Source: Cetorhinus maximus
Lineage: Eukaryota
Assembly: GCF_964194155.1 (NCBI RefSeq)
Contig: NC_135887.1
Span: forward strand, 128,960,001 to 129,024,000
DNA length: 64,000 nucleotides
Direction of reading: 5' to 3'
Within the stretch, counting starts at the first letter, position 1. Every line of letters starts with the position of its first letter. The position numbers and the translations under genes are program-made. Below, in pieces: positions 11,866-24,708 of the stretch. The notes under the pieces are model-generated. The model did no database searches. It had not been told where the DNA came from and saw only the letters and a program-made list of their open reading frames with translations.

Positions 11866-12600
11866 AAAGAGAAATAGAAATGTGTTGAAATATAAGGTGG
11901 GACAGGTGGAGTTGGATAGAAGGCCAGTGATAGGTGGAGGCAAAGGAGAGATCGCCAAAGATGTCATAAACAAAAGGTCAAAGGGGCATTGACGGTGGTG
12001 ATATTAGCTAAAGGATGTGCTAATGGTGATATTAAGGGTAGAAAGCAGGATGAGCAAGTGACAGATGGCCCTAGTGGGGGTGGGGTGGGGGGAAGAGATC
12101 GAAATAGGCTAAAAGGTGGAGTTAAAACAATGCTTGGAAATAAATTTTTAAAATAATAATAGAAATAGGTGGGAAAAGAAAAATATATATATATAAAAAT
12201 ATATATAATAATTATTAGAAAAAAAGGGGATCAAAAAGGGGGTGAAGATGGAGGAGAGAATTCAGGTTCTGAAGTTGTTGAACTCAATGTTAAGTCCTGA
12301 AGGCTGTAGAGTGCCTAGTCGGAAGATGAGGTGCTGTTCCTCCAGTTTGCGTCGAGCTTCACTGGAACATTGCAGCAGGCCAAGGACGGACATGTGGGCA
12401 TGAGAGCAGGGTGGTGTGTTGAAATGGCAAGCGAAAGGAAGGTCTGGGTATCACCGCTGTCAACACCCCTTTGACATTTGTGTCTATGACATGTTTGGCA
12501 ATCTCTCCTTTGCCTCCACCTATCACTGGCCTTCTATCCAGCTCCACCTGTCCCACCCCCCTTAAACAGCTTATATTTCATCACATTTCTATTTTTCTTT

Positions 12601-12639
12601 AGTTCTGATGAAGAGTCATACGGACTCGAAACGTTAACT
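12601..12639 (+). ncRNA. Minimal type I hammerhead ribozyme motif (Penelope pLTR)
   Basis: AGTT CTGATGA A GAGTC ATACG GACTC GAAA CG TT AACT: core boxes, 5-bp stem II, 4-bp stem I and palindromic AACGTT in place of stem III. Confidence 0.75.
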
Positions 12640-13089
12640 CTGTCTTCCTCTCCACAGATGCTGTCAGACCTGCTGAGGTTTTTCAGCAATTTTTGTTTTT
12701 GTTTCAACCTTCAAACCTATTGCTTCTGACATATCTTCATTTTTCCTTCAAAGATTCCCCCCACCGTAGTGGACAGGGCCTCTACTGTTTGTGACCCATT
12801 TCCTGCTTTTCTGCTTTCAATCTTTCCCTTTCTGTCAGAACAATGATAGGGCTCCCCTTGTCCTCATTCTACCCCACCGGCCTCTGTATCCAATGGATCA
12901 TCTCCATTTCTGCCACCTCAGGCATTATGCAGCGAAACATTTTACCCTCCCCTTTCAGCATCCTGAAAGAACTGTTCATTCTGCTACTCCCTGGTTCACT
13001 ACTCAATCTATACTGTTGGAGATGGTGGCAAAGTGGTAATGCCACTGGACTAATAATCCAGAGGTCCTGGGTAATACTCTGGGGACATG

Positions 13090-13623
13090 GGCCAGGATCT
13101 TCAGGTCAGTGTGCAGGGGTGGGCTCTGCTTGCCGACGTATAAAATGGCACGCGGTGACATCGGGCATGCGTCCCAACGTCACCATGCATCATTCCGATT
13201 TTCAGTTCGGCGGGCACGCACCAAAGTCAGCTGCGCACCCGCTGAACTATCAAAGGCCTATTAAGGCCATTTAAAAACTAATTAGAATAATTAATGGAGC
13301 TGCCAATCTAACCTTAAGGTTGGTGGGCAGGCGAAGACCCCAGGCGGCCTTTGCATTTATCATGAAACCTCATCCACAGGCAGGATGAGGTTTCATGAAG
13401 TGTTTATAAATTGAATAAAAATTTTTATTAAAGTTCACTGACATGTCCCAGCTCATGTGACACTGTCACATGAGGAGACGTCTTAAAAATATTTTTTTTC
13501 TTTATTTAAATTTTTGATAATCAAACTAATCTCCCTGAGGCAGCTCTGTGCCTGACTTAGCTTCTTCCCCACCCCGCCCGCCCGCTCCTGCCCAACCCAC
13601 CCGATGGGGAGAAAATTCTCCCC
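13090..13623. mobile_element. Harbinger-family MITE (internally deleted)
   Basis: Termini GGCCAGGATCTT and AAAATTCTCCCC; TSD ATG (13087-13089, 13624-13626). Confidence 0.88.
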
Positions 13624-13671
13624 ATGGGTTCAAATCTCACCACAGCAGCTGGTAGGATTTAAGTTCAATTA

Positions 13672-15938
13672 CAGTCAGCTCTCACCCTTTGTGCCCCCCA
13701 CGTTTCCCATCGCAACTTTGTTTACCCAGGCAAAACTGTATCAAAACGCAGTTCGTGCCCCCCCGAAACCTGATTCATCCACAGTTAAAAACGTAACAAT
13801 CCTGATTTTAACAGCACACATGCACAAAGGTTAAAAACATACTGTACCTTATAAAATTCCATTAGAAACACTTTGTCCTCGAAGAAAGCGTGCACTGCAA
13901 AAGTCCCTTCACTCCACATACGCAGTCTCCATGTGCATGTGGGTTGCTGTGATTTACAGGATTCTATAGTAGAACAGTATTTTGTAGTACAGTTACAAGA
14001 CAGGACAGTACTTTATTAAAAATGTGAGTCACAGACAAGCAGAAAATGCCCCAGGAAGGTGATGACACTTGAATAAAAAGTCAATCCTAGATAGACTGCA
14101 AAATGGTGCAAGTGCTTCCATGCTAGCCAGCTTTACTTTATGAATGAATCCACAATCAGGTACATTAGGCAGTCTGAAGAAAAAAAAAAAGGACCAGTGT
14201 TAGTGTTTCTGGTAGTCCTACTGCCAAGATAACCTTTGTAAGCAGGAGAGATCCACACTTAGAGGAAATGGATAATTTACTCACCGTGTGGACTGAGCAC
14301 CAGCATCAAAGGAGGACCTCAGTTAATGGTCCAATCATTCAAAACAAAGCCCAAAACATAAAGAGTAGTAAAGAGGGTAGTGCTGCTGACAGTGAAGGTG
14401 GTGGATAAGGTGCCTCTCCTATTTCCAAAGAATTCTCAGCCAACACAGGACGGTTCGATCACTTTAAAAAGCGTTTCGGGCCGCAAAATGTTAAGTTGGT
14501 GGGGGAGGCTGATTCAGCTGGCCGTGCAGCTGCAAGGGAAATTCCCCAAGGTGCTGCAGGCATACACCAAGGAGAGAGGCTACCAGGCAGAACATGTTTT
14601 CAATGCAGACAAAACTGCCAAGTAGGGCCTACATTTCAAAAAGGAAAAAAAAACATCATCGGCCAGTCTTATGGAAGGCTAACTGCAATGCCTGGGTTAC
14701 AGCATCTGTATTGACCGTATTAATCGTATCCGGTTTGACAATTGCTTTCTGCATTTATTGGGAGGGATAAGAACATGCCTTTTCCTACTAACCCTCGATA
14801 ATGCATTTGGGCATCCACACACTCTCACCAAGAACCATCCAGATGTTGACAATTTGTTTTTACCCCCAAATACGACCTCACTTATCCAACCAACGGACCA
14901 GGGGGTCATTGCCTCATTCAAGGCTTAATACGCCTGACAAAGTTTCAGCCGCATCTTTCATCTTCCGGAAGCAGAACCTTCAACCAGTCTTTGATTGCTG
15001 GAAGCAATTCAACATCCTCATAGCAATAGTCATAATTAAGGGCTCATGGGGTAAAAGTAAGAGCTTCAATCATGCCTACTGGAAGAAAGTTTGGCCTGAG
15101 GCTGTGAATGATTTCTGTGTTCCCCAATGTGGATACTGAAGTGGCCAGGATTGCTGACTTGGCAAAACAAGTTGAAGTGAAGGGATTTGAAGACACCACC
15201 ACAGTTGAAGTGGATGAGTTTTTCCAATCTCATCAAGTGGAATTCTCTACAGAAGAATTGTCTGGACTAATGAGGTTAAACGAACCTAAACAGGAGGAGC
15301 AGGAAGAGGAGCCTAAAAAGGCTCAGTTCACAACGAAGAGGATGGCAGATCTCAAAGTCAGCTGAAGGTTTGAAAAAGCAGGCAACAGATCATGATACAA
15401 GCATAGAAAGAAGCATCGCCTTTTGTAGAGCGATTGACACAGCTATTGCTGACAACTTTACAAAATTGAAAAACAAAAGGCAAAGCAGTCAACAATAACA
15501 TCGTTCTTCTCATCCAAATAATCCACATCAACGCCTACATCAGCCACGTCACCCACTCCATCGACATCCACTCTGAGGTATGGTACCCATACTGCAATTC
15601 TTAAATTATACTACAGGTATGTACTGTATTCTGTAATTGATAAGTTTTAAATTGTTCCTGTTATGTGTTGACAAACAATTTCTTCAGTAAAATTGTCTTC
15701 ATTGTACCTGTACTGTAAAGTACTGTGATTTGTAAATTATACTACAGGGTATTACTGTATTCTGTAATTGAAAAGTTTTACATTGTCAATACAAAAACAA
15801 AATTTCTTCAGTAAAATGAAATTTGGGGATTGCTCGAATGTATCTAATTCAGTTGCATTATAAACTGTGTTCACCATTTGTGATTTCACCCCTCGAAATC
15901 TCAGGAATGGAACCCCCGTGAACAGTGGGAGTTTACTG
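13672..15938 (+). mobile_element. Tigger/pogo DNA transposon with decayed transposase (~14040-15520)
   Basis: TA TSD (13670-13671, 15939-15940); imperfect TIRs CAGTCAGCTCTCAC and GTGGGAGTTTACTG. Motifs: STIRYIRQSEEK, LLTVWTEHQHQ, GRFDHFKKRFG..NVKLVGEADSA, VFNADKT, LLTLDNAFGHP, FLPPNTTSLIQPTDQGVIASFKA. Confidence 0.9.
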
Positions 15939-17074
15939 TAATTAAAATCCGCAATATAAAACTAGTCTGAGTGATGGTGACCACGAAACTACCATTGATT
16001 GTCATAAAAACCCATCTGGTTCACTAATAGGGAGGGAAATCTGCCATCCTTACCTGACCTACACATCACTCCAGGCCCACAGCAATGTAGTTGATTCTTA
16101 ACTGCCCTCTGAAATGGCCTAGCAAGCCATTCAGTTAAAGAGCAATTAGGGATGACAACAAATGCAGGCCTTCGCAGCAGTGCCTTCATCCCATGAATGA
16201 ATAAGAGAAAAATCACCCCCAACACCTCATCCCTTTCCTACATGCAAGTGCAGGAGGTGCAACATCTGCCCTTTTACCTCCTTTGTCCTCACTGTCCAAG
16301 GTCCCAAACACTCCTACCAGGTGAACCAATATTTGAGTGTACTACTTTCAATTTAGGATACTGTATTCATTGCTCAGTGTGGTCTCCTCTATATTGGAAG
16401 CCAAACAAATCGGATAACTCCTTTGCAGAACACCTCTATTTAGTCCACAAGCATGACCAAGCTTCTGGTGTCCTGTCATTTTAATTCTCCACCCAGCTCC
16501 CTCACTGACTGTCCTCAGCCTGTTAAAGTAACACTTTGAGAATATGCAAAATGATCAAAGAACCAGGATGTAAAGCTGCATGTGACCTGCAGCCAGTTAG
16601 TGGCAAGGGACATTGGTTACAGGTATTGTTGGGATAATGGTTGTGAATCCTTAGTGTATACTGTTTTTTGAGCTATGCTGTAATGCATATATACATCAGT
16701 TGGAGTCTTCAAATAATTTAATGCCTCCCGTCTTCCATCTTATCATAGGATCTTCCCTTTTATTACCCTCCATTTCACCAATAAAAGCAATCACATTTCT
16801 AATATTTTCCCAATTCAGTACAAAAAGGTTTCCAGCATAGAGTAACATTAAACATTGTTGTTTTTAAAATTGCAAAATACAAGGAACTTGGCTTCTATAC
16901 AGTAATTCTAACCACTAATAACTAATACTGCACCAGAAAAATTAGTTTATTTTCATCCAATTTGTAAGTAATTCAAAGTAGTATCTTGCACCTGGAGTTA
17001 TAATGCTCCGTGCCAATATTAATAAGCTCTTTAAAAGAATCTGGCTTGGTATCATTGTTTCGCAAATGGAGCAA

Positions 17075-17480
17075 TGTGGCAGTTTAGTTCAGTGGTAGCC
17101 ATCTTGCTTCAGTCAGAATTTTGTAGATTCAAGTTCCATTTCAGGATATCAGCACAAAAATCTATGCTGACTCTTCACTTCAAAAGTACAGCATTGTAAG
17201 AGGTGTCATGTTCAGATTAGTTAAACCAAGGCCCTACCTATTTAGAGAACATAATAACCCTAAAATCAGGGATAATCTCATGGGGCCTTTTTTTTTAAAC
17301 CAACACAAGAAATTAAGAAGTCATTTCTCTCATTGGCTGGCTACAGGATTTTTTTACATTCATCAACTGGCTACCAGATTTAACTGGATAGTAAATGATT
17401 AAACTTCAAAAATAATTCATTGGGTATGAGGTGCATTTGCGATTTTCTGAAGATGTAAAATGCCGTAAACAAATTCAGGT
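17075..17480 (+). mobile_element. Decayed tRNA-derived SINE, probably Deu-domain (SacSINE1/AmnSINE1-like)
   Basis: Head TAGTTCAGTGGTAGC...GATTCAAGTTCCA followed by TCTATGCTGAC...GTTAAACCAAGGCCC, recalled as similar to the DeuSINE core. No alignment could be run. Confidence 0.5.
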
Positions 17481-18279
17481 TTACAGCATCACATTTTGTC
17501 GAGTGAAAACAAAATAAAATGGCAACAAACCAGAACTGACAAGATAAGGAATGCACAGATCATAGTGGGGAAAGTGGTTAGAAAACGAGAAGACATTGTT
17601 TTAACTCCCCCCGCCACCTTCCCATCGTCATTTCTGCTAAATTTTATCTAAAAATAAACCACACTGCACACAAACTTACCATTTAGGCTTTCATATTATC
17701 TGCCCTAGTCATGATTTAATATCCCTTGGTATAGCTCGCCTACAAAACAAACTTTCAATGCATTTCATGCACTATTACATATCGATCATAACTCAAATGC
17801 TGAAATTATATTAAATACTGGTCATAACTAAATCAATGCTGTCAGACCATAACAAGATGCAGATTTCAATTGCAGCAGTGTGGTGTTGGCGCAGCCACAA
17901 CTGGAGTACTGTGCGCAAATTAAGGTTCCACAAATGGCAGAGAGATAACGACTGTACAATATTTTAATGTTGTTGTGAGGAGGCATATATATTGACCAGG
18001 TCACTGGGAGAACTCGCGTTCTTTGAATAATGCTGTTGATAATTTCTGGACTGGGAATTAAACACAAAACCCTCTGATTCAGTGGCAGGAGTGCTATTTT
18101 TGAGCCAGACTGACACCCAAGAAGAGCACACAGAAAGCAGACCTGTGAGAGAAAGGCAGCAGCGGTGGGAGATAAAAACTGGCGGCAGAGATCCATTTCA
18201 ACTTGTTTCTACCTAGGTGTCCCTTCCATGTCACTTTTGATTGGCCAAGTGGCTTAAATCAGGAGACATTATTACAGCT

Positions 18280-21100
18280 GAGTACAGTTAAGAAATTCAC
18301 TTAAAATATTTAACATCCAAATTAATTAAATAGATGAGATAGCTGGGCAGGCAATGTGTTGCATGTAGTATGTGGGACCTGGTGGGCACCAGTGCGATCC
18401 ATGGTGACCACATCTGCAGCAAGTGTTGGCCGCTACAGGAACTTCAGCTCAGAGTTCATGAGCTGGAGTGCAAGCTGCAGACACTGTGACACATCAGAGA
18501 GGGGGACAGAGTTACCTGGACACACAGTCACACCCCTTAGATTAATTAGATCAAATTTGGATTGTGGTCAGGGACAGGAGGCGTGACTGCGAGTTAGGCA
18601 GGTCTGGGGATCCAGAATTTAGCTTTGGAGGAGCCCCAGCCTGTGCCTTTGTCCAAAAGGTACGAGGTTCTTCCTCCCGACATGGATGAGGGCACAGGCT
18701 GCAGGGAGGATGAGTGAACTGACCACAGCACCATGGTACAGAGCACCATTCAAGTGGAGGGAGGAGAAATGTAGTAATGATAGGGGATAGCATAGTTAAG
18801 AGGATAGATACTTTCCTCTACAGCAAAGAGAGAGTCCGGACTGTGTAGCCCACCTGGTGTCAAGGTTAAGAACGCCTCTTCTGGGCTGGAGAGGAACTTG
18901 GAGTGGAAGGGGAAGGATCCAACAACATAGGTAGAACTAGGAAAGAGATTCTGCTGAGGGGCTACGAGCAGCTTGGGGCTAAATTAAAAAGCAAAACTAC
19001 AAAGGTAATAATCTCCGGATTACTACCTAAGCCATGTGCAAATTGGCGTAGGGTAAATAAGAGAGGTAAATGCGTGGCTTAAAGATTGGTGTGGGAGAAA
19101 TGGGTTCCAATTCATGAGGCACTGGCACCAGTACTGGGGAAGGAGCTGTTCCGGTGGGACAGGCTTCATTTGAACCACGCTGGGACCAGCGCCCTGGCAG
19201 ATTGTATAACTAGGATTGTTGGATAGGACTTTAAACTAATTGGGGGGGTGCGCGTGAGGAGGAGGGTTCATTTGAAGGGAAATTTAAATAAAATAAAGAG
19301 AGCAGATGTGCAGGGTAGTGAAGAGGTGAATGATAATCAAAGTGTGACAGGAAGGGGCAGAAAATATAAGCAGAAAATAGAACCAGAATGAGTAATAATG
19401 GTAAAAAGTCGAAGCTTAAGGCTCTTTATCTGAATGCATGCAGCATTTGTAACAAGATAGGTGAGTTGATGGCACAAATAGAAATAAATGAATATGACTT
19501 GATAACTATTAGAGACATGGTTGCAGGGTGACCAAGACTGGGAACTCAATATTCAAGGGTATTTGTTCCAGAAAAATAGGCAAAAAGGAAAGGTGGGGCA
19601 GCTTTGTTAACAAAGGGAGGTATCAGTGCAGTGGTGAGTAGTGATATAGTTGCAATAAATCATGATATAAAATCAGTTTGGGTGGAAATAAGGAATAGCA
19701 AGGGGAAGAAGTCACTGGTGGGAGTTGTCTATAGGCCTCGAAGAGCTGCCTCACTGTAGGACAAAGTATAAATCGGGAAATAATGGGGGCGTGCAAGAAA
19801 GACATTTCAATTATCTTAGGTGATTTTAATCTACATATTGACTGGACAAATCAGATTGGCAGAGGTAACATAGAAGACCAATTTGTAGCATGCATCAGGG
19901 ATTGTTTCTTACAGCAATACATTGCAGAATCTACTCAGGAACAGGCTATCTTAGATCTAGTAATGTGTAATGAGGTAGGATTAATGAGATATCATAGTTA
20001 AGGATCCTCTATGGGTAGCAATCACAACATGGTAGAATTTCAAATTCAGTTTGAGGGCGAGCAACTCGGGTCTCAAAACAGTGTCAACTTAAATAAGGGC
20101 AATTACAGAGGTATGAAAAAGAGTTGGCTAAAGTTGGCTGGCAAAATAGATTCACTAACCTTCCCTTTAATCTATCTAATTAATGACTTGGAGGAGGGGG
20201 CAGAGTGTAATGTATCCAAATTTGCTGACGATACAAAAATAGGTGGGACAGCATGTTGTGATGATGACATAAGGAACCTGCAAGGTGATACAGATAGGCT
20301 GAGTTAGTGGGCAAAACCTTGGCAGATGGAGTTTAATGTAGTTTGAGGTCATGCACTTTGGTAGGAAGAATCAAAAGGCAGATTATTTAAATGGAGACAC
20401 TCCAAAAAAGTGCAGCACAAAGAGATCTGGGTGTTCTTGTGCATGAAACAAAAGTTAGCATGCAGCTGTAGCAAGTAATTAAGGTGGCAGATGGAATTTT
20501 GGCCTGTATTGCTAGGGCGTTGGAGTTTAACAATAGTTAAGTCTTGTTACAACTGTTGGTGAGGCTGCACCTGGAGTAGTGTACAGCTTTGGTCCCCGTA
20601 TTTAAGAAAGGAGGCAGTTCAAAAGAAATTCACTACGCTGGTTGCTGGAATGAAGGGGTTGACATTCCAAGAACGGCTAAACAGGTTGAGCCTTTATTCG
20701 TTAGAGTGTAGAAGAATGAGGGGTGATCTTATTGAAACGTACAAGAGTCTGAGGGGTCTTGACAGGGTAGATGTTGAGATGCTTCTACTGGTGAAGGAAT
20801 CTCGAACTAGGGGTCAGTTATAGAATAAGGGGATACTCATTTAAAATGGAGATGTGAAGGAATTTCTTCTGAGGGTACTGAATGTCTGGAATTGCCTACT
20901 CCAGAGAGTTGTGGAGGCTAGATCACTCAAAGTATTTAAAGAGGTAGATAGATTTTTGAAATATCAGGGAGTTGAGGACTATGAGGAGCTGGCACGAAAG
21001 AGGAATTGAGGTCTGGGGCAGATCAGCCATGATCTTATTGAATGCCAGGGCAGGCTTGAGGGGCCGAATGGCCTACTCCTGCTTCCATTTCTTATGTTCC
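18280..21100 (+). mobile_element. Long CR1 LINE remnant (ORF1 zinc finger/esterase, endonuclease, RT, 3' UTR) with an internal deletion near 20150
   Basis: ORF1-like HICSKCWPLQELQLRVHELE and VMIGDSIVKRID; APE motifs LYLNACSICNK, GVVYRP, IILGDFNL and ILDLVMCNE; [24 protein letters not shown]; CR1 tail. Confidence 0.88.
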
Positions 21101-24100
21101 AATCATGGACCAGAAATGACAGCTTCAATTAAGTTTCTAAATGAAAAAAAATTACTACAGAAAGCACTTCTTTCATGGTCTGAAAACTGAAACAATTTTA
21201 GTTAAAACAGACAATGTAAAAGCTGCCGAAAAGGATGATAACAGAACTGACCAGTTGTAACCACCTGGAAAGGCTGAAAAAACTGTAGCACTTTTCACAC
21301 AAAAGAGGTAGTGATCTGATAGGTCTTTAAAATTATGAAAGGATTTGATAGGGTAGACTTAAAGGAAACATTTCCACTTGAGGGAATCCAAAACAAGCTA
21401 ACTACGACAGTCACTAATAAACCCAACAAAGAATTCAGGAGAAATCATCAAGACAGTGGCTAGAATGTGGAACTGCGAGTAGTTAGGAGTATAATATCGA
21501 TGCATAAAGGGGATGTAAGATGAGCATGAGGGAGAAAAGAGTAGTGCTGATAGGGTTAGATGCAGTAGGATGGGAGGTGGCTTGTGTGGAGCATAAACAG
21601 CAACATTGGCTAGTTGGGCCATAAAGCTGTTTGTGCTGTAAATTCTATGCAATAAAAAGGCTGCAGATAAGACTTAACAAAAAAGATCTACTTGAATGGC
21701 TTCTTGCTTTAGACACATTGATTCTGTTGCACTTAGAGGCATAAAAAAATCAATTCCTAGTTTGAGTCAGGGGATCAGTAAAAATCAAATTGAGGTGAAA
21801 CTAAGTTGCATCAAAGCTTAAGTTTTAAAAATTTGTTCATCGGATGTGGGTACCAGCATTTATTGCCCATCCCCAATTGCCCCAAATTGGCTGGAAGGTG
21901 GCGAGCTACATTCCAGTGCTGTTAGGGAGGCAGTGGTCCCATCTTAGATTTGCAGGTGTGACATCCCAATTTAACCAATGAAAGCCTTGCAGCATTATCA
22001 AGTTTTCAAAAAGGCCTGTTATAAAATACCGCATTAGAAGTGCCTTTAAATATTTGTGCATGATAAGGAAAAGATACAGATTGGAAAGTGGCTAACAAAA
22101 AATCTTAGCCTAGAAGCAGGTGCAGGTCCAGCAGTCTGCTCCTACTTCGATTCCTGGTAGAGACACAGATGGAATCAGTTTCAACGTAAGGCGGTCAAAA
22201 CTTGCAGATGATAAAACAAATTAGTTATTACAGGAAATTTGTCAGGATTTGCACCTCGATTAGTCAGCGACAGTAAGTTCAATATAGCTAAATGCAAGTC
22301 AACATAAAAACGCATCCCATGGTGGTATAAATTTTCAAAAGCCGTGCTAGAAGGGATCTAGAGGTGGAATTTAATTTTTCACCTAGTCTACCTAAAAAGT
22401 GAGGCAGTAATAAATAAATGGAATATGGACTGGATTTTCTTAAGTGCAATTAGAGATGGGGGGGGCACAAGGGCAGCAGGCTGGAGTTGAGCCAACCGAT
22501 CTGGGAAGAGGTTTGGAGGCGGCTATAGAGGCTGTCAATTGTGCATGCAGACTGTTTAAAAGGCCTGCCTTGGTGCAGTGGGACCGTGTTTTTAACTGGG
22601 ACAATGGCCCTCCAGCCCTCAAATGCTTCCCATGCTTCCACCCCCCGACCTCCAACTCCACCCACCCTCTATGGCCCCTCAAGGCAAGCTACAGCACTTG
22701 GTTCTATACAATGTATATAGTGGGTCAATGAATCCTATGGTGATAGTAGGGGGTGTAGAACAAAATCTTTAAAGTAATTAATTCATAACATTCTACATGA
22801 AAAATGTAATTTCACTTAGAAGATAAAAATGTGTCAATCATCCACACTCTAAAGCATCAACAACAAAAAGCACAAAACCTTGCAACCAGTGTTCTGTAAA
22901 CAAACATTGCAAAATTGATAGCAGAGATCAGAGACAGTCTGAGCTGTCAATGTTTTCTCTGGGGCACAGGTGTTTTAACAAGTGTAATGGATGTCTGGGC
23001 TCTCAGCCAAGTCTTATGATGTATGCTTTTGACAGGAACCAGCTACAAACTCCTGAAAAATCACAGTGCCCAGGTATGGGGTCAGGAATCAGGACCTGCC
23101 CACCATTTTAAAGGACTCCTGAGAATTCCCGATTTTGGAAGTATAGGCTTGGATTTCCCAATCAAAAATTTAAATTCCCAGAGATTACACTGAAGTTATA
23201 TTTATGCCTTGAATTTGGAATACATATCTAATCACTGGGTAATGAGTGGATCCCTTGTTCCAAAGATATTGCAGATGAAAACACTAAGCACAATCCCTCA
23301 CATCTGAAAGAAATATTTGATGAGCTAGAGTTCTGCAGCCTTAAAAACATGCATCTGAAAAGGAGGCCTCAGATAGGATAAAGGAAAGCAGTACTTTCAG
23401 ATACACCAGGTGAAGCCAGTGTTTACCTTATTGAAGGGTGTGAACAGCTAGTACAGAATCATTTCTGTTCTGAAGAAGCCAAATTGGTTGAAAGGTCTTC
23501 AAACTTATTTCGTGCACATCAACAAACATTTTGGATAAACCCAAGAGCAAAGACTAGGATTCAATACAAATTTTAGGGTGTATTTACACAACACTTTTGT
23601 ATTGACTTATAATAGTGGGTAGCTGAAGCTAAACAGGAGTTTAAACATGACACCACTAAACGTTGGCCTATCCATAATCAAATGGGGAAGCTCCCTTTCA
23701 AATCACAGATATGGATGTTTAAATCACTAATATATGTCTTCTCTGCAAGCATAGATATTGCATAAACTCATGCAGAATGTGTCAGGAAAACTCCATACTA
23801 TATTATATGACATGACATAAGGACCAGAAGAGCTGGAAATTAACAATTGCCTGGACTAACATATTCCAACCTTTCTGTATTTGTAAAGTGCAGAATTGGT
23901 CTGTGTTTTCTAACCAACATTTTAAAACTATTACATATGCTGAACACTGAAAATTCAAGAGCTTGCATGCTCGGTTAGAAAATTTCAGTATATATGCATT
24001 ATATGGAAAATTAACTTAGGGTCTGGTTTTTTAGAAGATGTAACTATGAAAGACAAATAGAGTCATATGGACTCAAAATGTTAACTCTGTCTTTCTCTCT

Positions 24101-24626
24101 ACAGGTGCTGTCAGACCTGCTGAGTTTTTCCTGCATTTTTTGTTGGACAAGACTAAGCACATCAGCTCAATGGAACTGCATGCAGGATGCTAAGTAAATA
24201 TTGATAATCGCTTGCTGAATGACATTTGTACTGGGACCTGCGACAATAAACAGACTCAGCTCTTTGTAGAATGTTTTGTACAATGGTCATTTGCATTGTT
24301 TAGCAACTGAATCATGCACAAGCCATTCCAGAATTGGAACTGCTTTACTTAACACTATGTTCGATAAGAACATATAAGCAAATTATAACTTAAGGCATCT
24401 TCCTCTTGAATGATGTGTCTGGAAGCAAAGTAGCTTGGTCACAATAAAGGATGTACAACTGGGGCAGTTTCCTTCAGGCACCTGTTAAACTAGGAGAGGA
24501 ATCCTAAATTGCATGATGGAACCTAGACTTCCCATGCTGCTTTAACTTCAAATTGGGTTGATCTTGAATGGTTTCAATTTCAAATAAACTATTAATACAA
24601 ATATAACAGCCACCAACTTGATATTC

Positions 24627-24628
<2 letters not shown>

Positions 24629-24659
<31 letters not shown>
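24629..24659. repeat. (AT)n microsatellite about 50 nt downstream of the FANCF stop codon
   Basis: About 15 uninterrupted AT units. Confidence 0.95.
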
Positions 24660-24664
<5 letters not shown>

Positions 24665-24708
24665 GTGCACAAACAGACGTACAAATTGAAAGGATTCCAG
24701 AAACAGTT

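Larger units (their letters stand above)
11720..12704. mobile_element. Young Penelope-like insertion with inverted pseudo-LTRs
   Basis: About 11760-12000 is the reverse complement of about 12452-12704. Flanking duplication CAACCTTCA at 11711-11719 and 12705-12713. Confidence 0.82.
13017..16212 (+). mobile_element. tRNA-headed SINE-like element, split by a MITE and a Tigger
   Basis: Pieces 13017-13089, 13627-13671 and 15941-16212 join into one element matching 57070-57350 plus the LINE tail 60075-60143. A-box TGGCAAAGTGG and B-box GGTTCAAATC. Confidence 0.82.
11590..16525 (+). mobile_element. Old Penelope-like ORF remnant (RT C-terminus to GIY-YIG), broken into 11590-11719, 12705-13012 and 16213-16525 by later insertions
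   Basis: CVNAIPFCRFLRRICSNDATF continues after 12705 (NDRAPLVL.. motif). 16213-16500 gives decayed C..C, FECTTFNLGYCIHC, LYIG and FAEHL motifs typical of GIY-YIG endonucleases. Confidence 0.7.

Noticed and set aside
14040-15520. Possible TIGD/CENP-B-like host gene
   Set aside because: Many frameshifts and stops; bounded by TIRs and TA duplication.
24055-24145. Hammerhead downstream of FANCF
   Set aside because: Penelope stub lacking the CUGANGA box, with GAAA mutated.
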